Origin: Mucilaginibacter sp.
Lineage (GTDB): Bacteria > Bacteroidota > Bacteroidia > Sphingobacteriales > Sphingobacteriaceae
Assembly (NCBI GenBank): GCA_039935595.1
Contig: JBDTJZ010000216.1
Direction: 5' to 3' (one strand)
Length of the DNA: 59,181 nt
In this document: positions 9,136 through 17,704 of the stretch, piece after piece
Position numbering within the stretch: the first letter of the stretch is position 1
Layout: the number at the start of each line of letters is the position of its first letter
Translations under genes and position numbers: made by a program
Notes under the pieces: model-generated
Seen by the model: only the letters and a program-made list of their open reading frames with translations
What the model was told of the DNA's origin: nothing
Databases searched by the model: none

Positions 9136-11475
9136 ATGGCTAAGAATTTATTAATAGTTGAATCTCCGGCGAAAGCCAAAACCATAGAAGGATATCTGGG
9201 AAAAGACTTTATCGTAAAGTCAAGTTACGGCCACATCCGCGACCTGGTAAAATCAGAAGATGCTATTGATATAGCCCATAACTTTGAACAGAAGTATGAA
9301 GTTCCGGCTGATAAGAAACAGGTAGTAAGCGAATTAAAAAAATTAGCCAAAGAATCCGATGTGGTATGGTTAGCGTCCGATGAGGACCGCGAGGGTGAGG
9401 CCATATCATGGCATTTGTTTGATACGCTTAATTTAAAAGAAGAAAATACACGCCGTATAGTTTTTCATGAAATAACCAAGCCGGCTATAATGAATGCCAT
9501 TGAAAACCCGCGAAAAATAGATTACAACCTGGTAAACGCCCAACAAGCGCGCCGGGTGTTGGATAGATTAGTGGGTTTTGAACTTTCGCCCGTTTTGTGG
9601 AAAAAGGTTAAACCATCGCTGTCGGCAGGTCGGGTACAATCAGTAGCCGTTAGGTTAATTGTTGACCGCGAACGCGAGATCAATAAATTTACATCAGAAG
9701 CGGCCTTTAAAATAATGGCCATATTTGGCACTGGCAAACAAGCCTTTAAAGCCGAATTGCCTGAGCGCTTCGCTCAACAGGGAGATGCCGAAAAGTTTTT
9801 AAATGACTGTATTGGCGCTGCCTTCAACGTACGGTCGTTAGAAACCAAACCCGCAAAACGCGCCCCTGCCGCGCCGTTTACCACATCAACGCTGCAACAG
9901 GAAGCCAGCCGCAAACTGGGTTATTCAGTTTCGCGTACTATGTCGGTAGCACAAAAGCTGTATGAATTGGGGTATATAACTTATATGCGTACCGATTCGG
10001 TTAACTTGTCTGATACCGCTTTGGATGCCGCCGCAAAGGAAATTACATCCGCCTACGGCGAAAAATATCATCAACAAAGAAAATACAAAACCAAAAGCGC
10101 GGGCGCTCAAGAAGCACACGAAGCCATACGGCCAACTTATTTTAACCAGCACACCATTGAAGGCGATTCGGGCGAAAAGCGCCTGTATGAGCTTATATGG
10201 AAGCGTGCGATAGCTTCGCAGATGAGCGAGGCACAGTTTGAGAAAACTACTGCTAAGATCAGCATATCAACCCGCAAAGAGGATTTGGTAGCCAATGGCG
10301 AAGTAATGCGCTTTGACGGCTTCCTTAAAGTTTACCTGGAATCAGACGACGAAGAGGAAGATACCCAGCAAGATGGCGAAAATACCATGCTGCCGCCTTT
10401 AACAAAAGACCAGTTACTTGACCTGCAGGAAATGCTGGCTATCGAACGTTTTTCGCGCCCATCGGCACGTTATACAGAAGCAAGTTTGGTAAAAAAGTTG
10501 GAAGAGTTGGGTATTGGCCGTCCGTCAACCTATGCCCCTACTATATCCACTATTCAAAACCGCGGCTATGTGGTTAAAGAAGAGCGTGAAGGCAAGCAAC
10601 GCAAATTCAGGGTATTAACATTAAAAGGCGGTAGCGTTACCAAAGAAGAAAGAACCGAAAATACAGGCGCCGAGCGCAATAAGCTTTTTCCTACAGATAT
10701 TGGCGCGGTAGTGAATGATTTTTTAGTACAGCATTTTAAAGGGATTGTTGATTTTAACTTTACCGCCAGTGTTGAAAAACAGTTTGACGAGATAGCACAG
10801 GGTTTAAAAGAGTGGACAGCTATGCTGCACGATTTTTATAAGCCTTTTCATAATGATGTACAAAGCACTATTGAAACTGCTGACAAAGCAACCGGCGAGC
10901 GCGACCTGGGAATACATCCCGAAAATGGCAGCAAGGTATCAGTACGTATAGGTCGTTACGGCCCATTTGTGCAAGTTGGCGAAAATGCCAGCGATGATAA
11001 TAAAGACTACAAGCCTTTGTACGCAAGCTTACGCACCGGCCAAAGTATTGAAACCATTACGTTAGAAGAAGCACTTGAACTATTTAAACTGCCTAAAGTT
11101 GTTGGTGAGTTTGAAGGCAAACCTATGAAGGTTGCTATTGGCCGCTTTGGGCCATATATAAGCCATAACAGTGCTTTTGTATCCTTACCGAAAGAGATAG
11201 ACCCACTGGATGTAACCGAAGAACAGGCTATTGAACTGATTGAAGCCAAACGCAAAAAAGATGCAGAAAAGCTAATTAAAGCTTTTGATGAGGACCCAAC
11301 AGTTAAGGTATTGAACGGTCGCTGGGGACCATATATTGAGTTTGGCAAACAAAATGTTAAAATACCAAAGGATAAAGACCCTTTGACCCTCACCTTTGCC
11401 GAGTGTAAAACCTTAGCAGACGCTGATGCAAAAGCACCTAAAAAAGGTGGAAAGAAGTTTGCTAAGAAGAAGTAA
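9136..11475 (+). CDS. topA: DNA topoisomerase I
   Basis: IVESPAKAKTI, DREGEAI, SAGRVQS, ITYMRTDS, GIGRPSTYA motifs and GR(Y/F/W)GP C-terminal repeats; ATG at 9136. Confidence 0.97.
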   Translation: MAKNLLIVESPAKAKTIEGYLGKDFIVKSSYGHIRDLVKSEDAIDIAHNFEQKYEVPADKKQVVSELKKLAKESDVVWLASDEDREGEAISWHLFDTLNLKEENTRRIVFHEITKPAIMNAIENPRKIDYNLVNAQQARRVLDRLVGFELSPVLWKKVKPSLSAGRVQSVAVRLIVDREREINKFTSEAAFKIMAIFGTGKQAFKAELPERFAQQGDAEKFLNDCIGAAFNVRSLETKPAKRAPAAPFTTSTLQQEASRKLGYSVSRTMSVAQKLYELGYITYMRTDSVNLSDTALDAAAKEITSAYGEKYHQQRKYKTKSAGAQEAHEAIRPTYFNQHTIEGDSGEKRLYELIWKRAIASQMSEAQFEKTTAKISISTRKEDLVANGEVMRFDGFLKVYLESDDEEEDTQQDGENTMLPPLTKDQLLDLQEMLAIERFSRPSARYTEASLVKKLEELGIGRPSTYAPTISTIQNRGYVVKEEREGKQRKFRVLTLKGGSVTKEERTENTGAERNKLFPTDIGAVVNDFLVQHFKGIVDFNFTASVEKQFDEIAQGLKEWTAMLHDFYKPFHNDVQSTIETADKATGERDLGIHPENGSKVSVRIGRYGPFVQVGENASDDNKDYKPLYASLRTGQSIETITLEEALELFKLPKVVGEFEGKPMKVAIGRFGPYISHNSAFVSLPKEIDPLDVTEEQAIELIEAKRKKDAEKLIKAFDEDPTVKVLNGRWGPYIEFGKQNVKIPKDKDPLTLTFAECKTLADADAKAPKKGGKKFAKKK

Positions 11476-11477
11476 TT

Positions 11478-11552
11478 TAGTGAGTGGTGAATAGAGAATG
11501 GTGAGTGGTTGCTCACAATTAACTCACCACTGACAACTCACTACTCACCACT
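11478..11552. repeat. Inverted short-period (7-nt) tandem repeat, gtgagtg/cactcac type
   Basis: tagtgagtggtgaatagagaatggtgagtggtt opposed to aactcaccactgacaactcactactcacc. Confidence 0.7.
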
Positions 11553-11957
11553 ATGATCAAAGACCTCCCCGAAAATAATGTACAGGATATTGCTATCGCG
11601 GTAGCTTTAGAAAAAGAGAACGCTGAGCATAAAACATGGTATGTGTATCTTATCAACCTAAAAAAAGAACCTATTGAAACTGTACTGATCACCTCAAAAG
11701 GTTATGGCGAGAAAGATGGCGAACTGGTAAAAACCTCTACCCTACGCCATATGTTCCCGATGGTTGATGCCGGAAGTTTTAAAATTATTGAACCCATAGC
11801 CGAGGAAACTTTTGGTTTAAATAACGAATACTGGTTAAGCTATTATATAGGCACCCAGATATTTGATAAGAAATTTATATTCCTGCCTGAAAGTATTGTT
11901 GAGGGCAATTTCATTAAACTACCAGTAGTTAATAAACCGGGGGTAATGATAAAGTAG
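11553..11957 (+). CDS. Hypothetical protein
   Basis: 134-aa ORF with WYVYLIN, SKGYG, KTSTLRH and NNEYWLSYY, recalled as a conserved Bacteroidota family. Confidence 0.8.
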   Translation: MIKDLPENNVQDIAIAVALEKENAEHKTWYVYLINLKKEPIETVLITSKGYGEKDGELVKTSTLRHMFPMVDAGSFKIIEPIAEETFGLNNEYWLSYYIGTQIFDKKFIFLPESIVEGNFIKLPVVNKPGVMIK

Positions 11958-12042
11958 TTTGCAGTGGGCAGTTATCAGTGGGCAGTTGATTGCTCATTAT
12001 ATACTATATACTGCAAACTGCTAACTAAAAACTGCCAACTAA
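11955..12042. repeat. Inverted short-period (7-nt) tandem repeat, gcagt/actgc type
   Basis: tttgcagtgggcagttatcagtgggcagtt versus actgcaaactgctaactaaaaactgccaact, between convergent genes. Confidence 0.7.
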
Positions 12043-12044
12043 AA

Positions 12045-12764
12045 TCAACTATCAAACTTTTCCAGCAACTTCAATAACGTTTCAAAATCTTTAGGATATG
12101 GGGCATGGATGGTGATATCGTTACCATCCATCAGCTTAAAGGTAACTTCATAAGCATGCAGGGCGAAGCGTTTCATAATAGGAAGCTCCTCCTGATCTTT
12201 GCCTAAATGGTATTTACGCTTAATCTCTGACAAAAAAACGGGTTTGCCCTTGTACATCTCATCCCCGGCAATGGAGGCCCGCTGTGTGGCTAAATGGATG
12301 CGTATCTGGTGCATGCGCCCGGTAACCGGTCGGCACTCTACCAAGGTATAATGCTTAAAGTATTTTAATGATTGAAACCAGGTTTCGGCGCGCTTGCCCT
12401 CCTGCCTGCTTATGGTAACGTTGCCTTTGCCAACATTTAAGATAGGCAGATCAATCAACAATTCATCAAACACATGTGTACCTTCAATAATAGCGTGGTA
12501 CACTTTTTTAACTTTTCTTTTTTCAAACTGCATAGATACCGAGCGGTACGCCTCCGGGTTTTTAGCAATGATCAACGCGCCGGATGTTTCCTTATCCAAA
12601 CGGTGGCATATCTGCGCGTCGTCGGCATAGTTTTTAGCTAATCTCAACATATTGATCTCTCCGCCCTCGCGCTCATCAAGGGAACTTATAAAGGCGGGTT
12701 TATTAACAACAATAATGTCATCGTCTTCAAATAATATAAGATCAGTAAACTTTGGAACTTTCAT
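12045..12764 (-). CDS. RluA-family pseudouridine synthase
   Basis: VVNKP, CHRLDKETSG, TGRMHQIRIH and ALHA motifs. Confidence 0.93.
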   Translation of the reverse strand: MKVPKFTDLILFEDDDIIVVNKPAFISSLDEREGGEINMLRLAKNYADDAQICHRLDKETSGALIIAKNPEAYRSVSMQFEKRKVKKVYHAIIEGTHVFDELLIDLPILNVGKGNVTISRQEGKRAETWFQSLKYFKHYTLVECRPVTGRMHQIRIHLATQRASIAGDEMYKGKPVFLSEIKRKYHLGKDQEELPIMKRFALHAYEVTFKLMDGNDITIHAPYPKDFETLLKLLEKFDS

Positions 12765-12823
12765 GTATGAGTTTAATAGGCGTCAAAAATACGGTTTTAA
12801 TTTAAGTGTGTTGTTTTACAAAA

Positions 12824-12905
12824 TGTCATTTCGACGAGGTACGAGGAGAAATCTATACACATGGCCGGGCAAGTGTATAGATTTCTCTCTATGTTCGAAA
12901 TAACA
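12824..12905. repeat. Family A YGTCAT-tagged palindromic doublet (empty copy)
   Basis: tgtcatttcga...gagaaatctatacac [loop] gtgtatagatttctc...ttcgaaataaca. Confidence 0.9.
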
Positions 12906-12975
12906 GATGTCTAACATTTCAATTGGAACGGTTATTGTATTTGAAAAACAAAATACATCTAACTAAAAAACAATT

Positions 12976-13419
12976 ATGAGTGATAAATCAACCCAACCTG
13001 TCGAAAAGGGATTTTTTGAAAAGGTTAAAGAAACAATTGAAGAATTTTGGGAAGGCACCAAAGATACGGCTGAAGACGTAAAGGATGCCGCCGAAGATAC
13101 GATAGATGATATTAAGAGATCGGCCCCGGTTAAAAAGATTGCGGCGGCTGTTAAAAGTTCGCCAAAGAAAACCGCCGCTGCTGTAACTAAAGCTAAAACT
13201 GCTGCAACAAAAGTTAAAAAGGAAGCGGTAGCAAAAGCAAAAGAGGTTACCACAAAAGCCAAAAAAGAAGCCTCGGAAATAAAAGCTAAAGCTACCACCA
13301 AAGCAAAAGCGGTAACTGAAAAAGCTAAAAAAGAAGTAGCTGACAATAAAAAATCGGTCGCTTCAAAAACTGCTAAAGCTGCAACTGCAGTAAAGAAAAA
13401 AGCTGTAGCGGCTAAATAA
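12976..13419 (+). CDS. Lys/Ala-rich histone H1-like protein with an acidic N-terminus
   Basis: C-terminal two thirds are nearly all K/A/T/V repeats; a terminator follows. Confidence 0.75.
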   Translation: MSDKSTQPVEKGFFEKVKETIEEFWEGTKDTAEDVKDAAEDTIDDIKRSAPVKKIAAAVKSSPKKTAAAVTKAKTAATKVKKEAVAKAKEVTTKAKKEASEIKAKATTKAKAVTEKAKKEVADNKKSVASKTAKAATAVKKKAVAAK

Positions 13420-13437
13420 CTAACCGCATTTAATAAC

Positions 13438-13475
13438 AAACAAAAGGGGCGGTTAATTAACTGCCCCTTTTGTTT
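13438..13475. terminator. Bidirectional intrinsic terminator
   Basis: aaacaaaaggggcggttaattaactgccccttttgttt between convergent genes. Confidence 0.85.
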
Positions 13476-14167
13476 TATCCTTCAAATTTATAGCCTACCC
13501 CTTTTACGGTCGACACACAATCGTCGCCCAGCTTTTCGCGGAGCTTGCGTACGTGTACATCAATGGTTCGGTTGGTAACTACTACAGAGTCTTCCCAAAT
13601 ATTTTTTAATATTACCTCGCGGGTATAAACTTTACCAGGTTTGGAGGCTAATAGATATAAAAGTTCAAATTCCTTTTTTGCTAAAACTACTTTAACACCG
13701 GCTTTATACACCAGGTAAGCTTCGCGGTCAATAACCAGGTCGCCTATTTCAAGTTTATTATCAGTAAAATCTTCGGGTGGCGCGTTTCTGCGTAGTATGG
13801 CGTTTATACGACTAACTAAAGCGCGCGGCTTTATGGGTTTAGCTATATAATCATCGGCACCAACGTTAAAGCCGGCAATTTCAGAATACTCTTCGCTGCG
13901 GGCGGTTAAAAAAACCATGAAGGTGTTTTTAAACTCGGGCATGGTACGCATAATGCGGCAAGCCTCAATACCATCCATTTTAGGCATCATAATATCCAAA
14001 ACGATCAGATCAGGTAACGACCGTTTGGCCTCAGTTACTGCCTCCTGGCCGTTACGGGCTAAAAATACCTGGTAGCCTTCTTTTTTTAAATTATACTCAA
14101 TCAGCTCTAAAATATCGGGCTCGTCATCAACAATAAGTATCTTTTGTTTTGTAGCGTTGCTCATCAC
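13475..14167 (-). CDS. OmpR/PhoB-family response regulator
   Basis: IVDDE, LDIMMP, GADDYIAKP, KEFELL, RTIDVHVRKLR and TVKGVGY motifs. Confidence 0.95.
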   Translation of the reverse strand: MMSNATKQKILIVDDEPDILELIEYNLKKEGYQVFLARNGQEAVTEAKRSLPDLIVLDIMMPKMDGIEACRIMRTMPEFKNTFMVFLTARSEEYSEIAGFNVGADDYIAKPIKPRALVSRINAILRRNAPPEDFTDNKLEIGDLVIDREAYLVYKAGVKVVLAKKEFELLYLLASKPGKVYTREVILKNIWEDSVVVTNRTIDVHVRKLREKLGDDCVSTVKGVGYKFEG

Positions 14168-14210
14168 AAATTTATTTTTGCATAAATGTATGTGCTTAAA
14201 AGAAGTAAAC

Positions 14211-14238
14211 GGTTAAGTTAATATTAACAAATTGTTAA
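14211..14238 (-). promoter_or_regulatory. Putative OmpR/PhoB-type binding site: three TTAA repeats at 11-bp period
   Basis: Minus strand reads ttaaca-N5-ttaata-N5-ttaacc, about 45 nt upstream of the response regulator. Confidence 0.45.
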
Positions 14239-14259
14239 TAGTTACTTTATTTTAACTTT

Positions 14260-15381
14260 CTATTGAGGACCGCTAAACGTTTTGTTTAAAAAATCTTCAA
14301 GTGATTTTCCGGTTATATTTTTGGCAATTATAACTCCTTGAGGGTCAATTATAAAATTTGATGGTATGGCATCTATTCTATACAAGCTTTCGGTAGGCCC
14401 TTCAAAGCGTTTAAGGTCCGACCCATGTTGCCATGTTAACTTATCTGCATTAATAGCCTGCTGCCAGTCTTCTTTCTTTTCATCAAGGGATATACCTAAA
14501 ATATTAAACCCTTTTGAATGGAACTTAGCGTATTGCTTAACTACATTGGGGTTTTCCTGCCTGCACGGCGCGCACCATGATGCCCAAAAATCAAGCATTA
14601 CATATTTTCCTTTATAGTCTGATAATTTAATGGGCTTGCCGTCAATACCGGCAATGGTGAAATCAGGTGCTTTATGGCCCAATGACACAGGTTTTACCAG
14701 CTCGATCTGGCGGATAAAATGCTGCACAGCCGGATTATCTTTAAAATCATCTTTTATAGCATCGGCATAAGCCACCATTTGCTGTTCATATTGTATCGGA
14801 TCTAAACTTGTCATAGCGTAAAATGCAGCTAATGACTTTTTGTTATTGTTTATAAATGTTAAAACTTCCCCATTTGATGCATCAATATTTTTTTGAAACA
14901 ACGGGCGGTATATATTGGTCAACGAATCCGTTTCATGACCAATAGCCTCTACCTTAGCCTGGTACTCATTAACCAACAGGCCATTTTTATCGCCATAAAA
15001 ATTAATTATCTTATTATAATCCTTAATTTTTTCAGATTCGGGGGAACCGGTGATATCATAGGGGTGCTTCTCGTCTTTTAAGTCGGTTGTAAACTTAATG
15101 TCTTCACCATTTTTTGCAATAATATCAAATACGGCACCACCAATACGCAGCTTATACAAGTTAGCATAAGGCGCCCGGTGTTTAAAGCTGAATTCGCCGT
15201 CTTTAACCTGGGTTGAGTCCACCACATTGATGCTGCTGCTGTCGGCCTCAAGCAGGTAAGCCATTTTAAGATTTCCTGGATTTTTTAGCGTAGCCGAAAT
15301 TGTAAAAGCTGCTTTATCAATACAAGAATATACAAGCACTGATAACGCTGCAAGTGCCAAAAGCGTAAAACGGTTTTTCAT
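14260..15381 (-). CDS. TlpA-family disulfide reductase lipoprotein
   Basis: Lipoprotein signal (YSC); DFWASWCAPCR, ISLD and IPSNFIIDPQG motifs. Confidence 0.9.
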   Translation of the reverse strand: MKNRFTLLALAALSVLVYSCIDKAAFTISATLKNPGNLKMAYLLEADSSSINVVDSTQVKDGEFSFKHRAPYANLYKLRIGGAVFDIIAKNGEDIKFTTDLKDEKHPYDITGSPESEKIKDYNKIINFYGDKNGLLVNEYQAKVEAIGHETDSLTNIYRPLFQKNIDASNGEVLTFINNNKKSLAAFYAMTSLDPIQYEQQMVAYADAIKDDFKDNPAVQHFIRQIELVKPVSLGHKAPDFTIAGIDGKPIKLSDYKGKYVMLDFWASWCAPCRQENPNVVKQYAKFHSKGFNILGISLDEKKEDWQQAINADKLTWQHGSDLKRFEGPTESLYRIDAIPSNFIIDPQGVIIAKNITGKSLEDFLNKTFSGPQ

Positions 15382-15425
15382 TTTGGTGGATTTATTAGCT
15401 ATACGACAAATATAAGCGTATCCGC

Positions 15426-16895
15426 TTATTTTGACTCTAATTCTTTAATTAAAAGCTGGTTAGTTTTCTGTGGGTCGATCTTCCCTTTAGACAGTTTCAT
15501 GATCTCGCCCATAAACAACCCTACAACGCCTTTTTTGCCTTTCTGGTATTCTTTAACCTTATCCGGAAATTTGGCTATGGCGGCGCTGATGTATTCATCA
15601 ACCTCGTTGGTATTGGTACTGATGAGCAAATTAAGCTCGGCAGCCAGTTGTTCGGCAGTTTTACCGGGCGATTTTAATAGTGCATGGAACAACTTGTGGT
15701 ATGCTACGGTATTATTAACCAATCCATCATCAACCAGTCTAATTAAACCGGCAAGATATTTGGGCTGCACATTAATATCAGTAATATGGGCCGAATGTTC
15801 GTTAAGGTATGATTTTACCGGACCCATTAATAAATGTACCGCGGCTTTATGGTTGGCGGTATGTTTTATCAGTTCTTCAAAAAACATGGCCAGTTCCTTA
15901 TCGGCGGTAATTACCCCGGCATCGTAATCAGACAAACCTAACTGGGTAGTATATTTTTGATAAAGTTGCGCAGGCAATGCAGGCATAGCCTGTTTAACCC
16001 GATTTACATAAGCTTCATCCAAAACTATGGGCATCAAATCGGGCTCCGGGAAATAGCGGTAATCATTTGCCATCTCTTTTGACCGCAGCACCGATGTTTC
16101 GCCGGTATCGGCATTAAAGTTCAGGGTGTTTTGGTCAATATATTCACCTTTTTCAATCAGGTTGATTTGCCTTACAAATTCATGCTCAATAGCCCGCTGA
16201 ACGTTGCGTATAGAGTTCAAATTTTTCACCTCGCAGCGGTTACCATAAGTAGTTTGGCCTTTTAGCCTAACGGATATATTGGCGTCACAGCGCATACTAC
16301 CCTCTTCCATATTACCGTCGCAAATATCAAGGTAACGCAGGGTTTTACGTATCTCGGTTAAAAACTGCCCGGCTTCTTCGGCACTGCGCATATCCGGTTC
16401 AGATACGATCTCCAGTAACGGCACCCCTGCCCTGTTCAGATCAATAAACGAGTCGTCACACTGGCTGTCGTGCATACTTTTGCCGGCATCTTCTTCCATG
16501 TGGATATGATGGATGGCCAATTTTTTGGATGACCCATCGGCCAGTTTTACGGTGATATGGCCGCCCAGGCATACCGGGTGCTGATCCTGCGTTATCTGGT
16601 AACCTTTAGGCAGGTCAGCATAAAAATAATTTTTACGGGCAAAGGTATTTTGCATATTGATAGTGCAATTACAGGCCAGTCCCATTTTTACCGCATATTC
16701 TACCGCGGTTTTATTAATGCGCGGCAAAGTACCGGGATGCCCCAATGATATGGCGCTGATATGGTGGTTAGGCTCGGCACCAAAGGCAGCCGAATCTGAA
16801 GAAAACATTTTGCTTAAAGTTGATAGCTGCGCGTGAACCTCTAACCCAACAACTAACTCATACTTTTGCCCTATTTCTTCTGCAAGAATTGTCAT
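15426..16895 (-). CDS. gatB: Asp-tRNA(Asn)/Glu-tRNA(Gln) amidotransferase subunit B
   Basis: GLEVHAQL, RKNYFYADLPKGYQITQ, EEDAGKS, RCDANIS and DYRYFPEPDL motifs. Confidence 0.96.
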   Translation of the reverse strand: MTILAEEIGQKYELVVGLEVHAQLSTLSKMFSSDSAAFGAEPNHHISAISLGHPGTLPRINKTAVEYAVKMGLACNCTINMQNTFARKNYFYADLPKGYQITQDQHPVCLGGHITVKLADGSSKKLAIHHIHMEEDAGKSMHDSQCDDSFIDLNRAGVPLLEIVSEPDMRSAEEAGQFLTEIRKTLRYLDICDGNMEEGSMRCDANISVRLKGQTTYGNRCEVKNLNSIRNVQRAIEHEFVRQINLIEKGEYIDQNTLNFNADTGETSVLRSKEMANDYRYFPEPDLMPIVLDEAYVNRVKQAMPALPAQLYQKYTTQLGLSDYDAGVITADKELAMFFEELIKHTANHKAAVHLLMGPVKSYLNEHSAHITDINVQPKYLAGLIRLVDDGLVNNTVAYHKLFHALLKSPGKTAEQLAAELNLLISTNTNEVDEYISAAIAKFPDKVKEYQKGKKGVVGLFMGEIMKLSKGKIDPQKTNQLLIKELESK

Positions 16896-17072
16896 AAATT
16901 ATAATACAAGCTATATTTAGCCCGATGATTAAAGGTCAAATATAATATTTTAGTAACAACCTGCTAAAGTAAGTGTTAAAAGTATTGTTTTAATCGCGAT
17001 TTATGTCTCTACAAACTGCTTACGTTAGTTGTCTGTTAGGACAAATATAACAGAATGCGTTTTTGGTAAAAT

Positions 17073-17164
17073 GGTTTACAAAGGTTTACATAATTAGAAT
17101 AATTAATATATTAATTAACTGATAATCAATATATTAATTATTTTATTTTCAAAAAGTGTAAACC
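17073..17164. other. Site with back-to-back IHF-consensus matches between GGTTWACA arms (copy 1)
   Basis: ggtttaca x2, taattaactgataatcaatatatta, tgtaaacc; a similar arrangement is at 33796-33887. Confidence 0.45.
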
Positions 17165-17364
17165 CTAAATACACCTATATTTTTATGGTTAAATTACTTA
17201 TTGGTCTAACTTCAGCACTACTTAACTTAGTTATCGTAATGTATTAGTTTTCAGCTTAATATGCGAACGTAATACTTGCCGCTTCACCGTGGTCTCACCT
17301 CCGAAGCGGTCCTACGGACCGGTCATCGCTTCGCTCTACCATCCTCTCATATCTTTTGACTATC

Positions 17365-17539
17365 TATGTCCCGTTAGGGACTACCTGTTTGTAGTCAAAA
17401 AAGGAGAAAAAAAATTGAGCCATCGGCTCTACCCTAAACTGCCAGGTGGGCAATTACGTTCAAAAAAGGGTAGCCACTACGTGGCACAAGCAAAAACTCA
17501 AGCTATTTTCTACAAATAGGTAGTCCCTAACGGGACATA
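17365..17539. repeat. REP-like cluster with 30-bp inverted ends and degenerate internal units
   Basis: tatgtcccgttagggactacctgtttgtag versus ctacaaataggtagtccctaacgggacata, 29/30 inverted match. Confidence 0.85.
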
Positions 17540-17663
17540 TAATCGCTTTTTTTTATTAGAAAAATAGCGTGCAGGGAGGGGTTTAGCAAAATATCAAACC
17601 CCTTCCTCCTCCTTCCCCAGGGAAGGAATCGCGCATTCCAGCGCTTTCATCGCTCTATCTAAA

Positions 17664-17696
17664 AGACTTACGAAGTTTTAAAAACTTCGTAAGTCT
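17664..17696. repeat. Perfect palindrome just downstream of alaS
   Basis: agacttacgaagtttt-a-aaaacttcgtaagtct. Confidence 0.85.
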
Positions 17697-17704
17697 AAAT
17701 GTCG

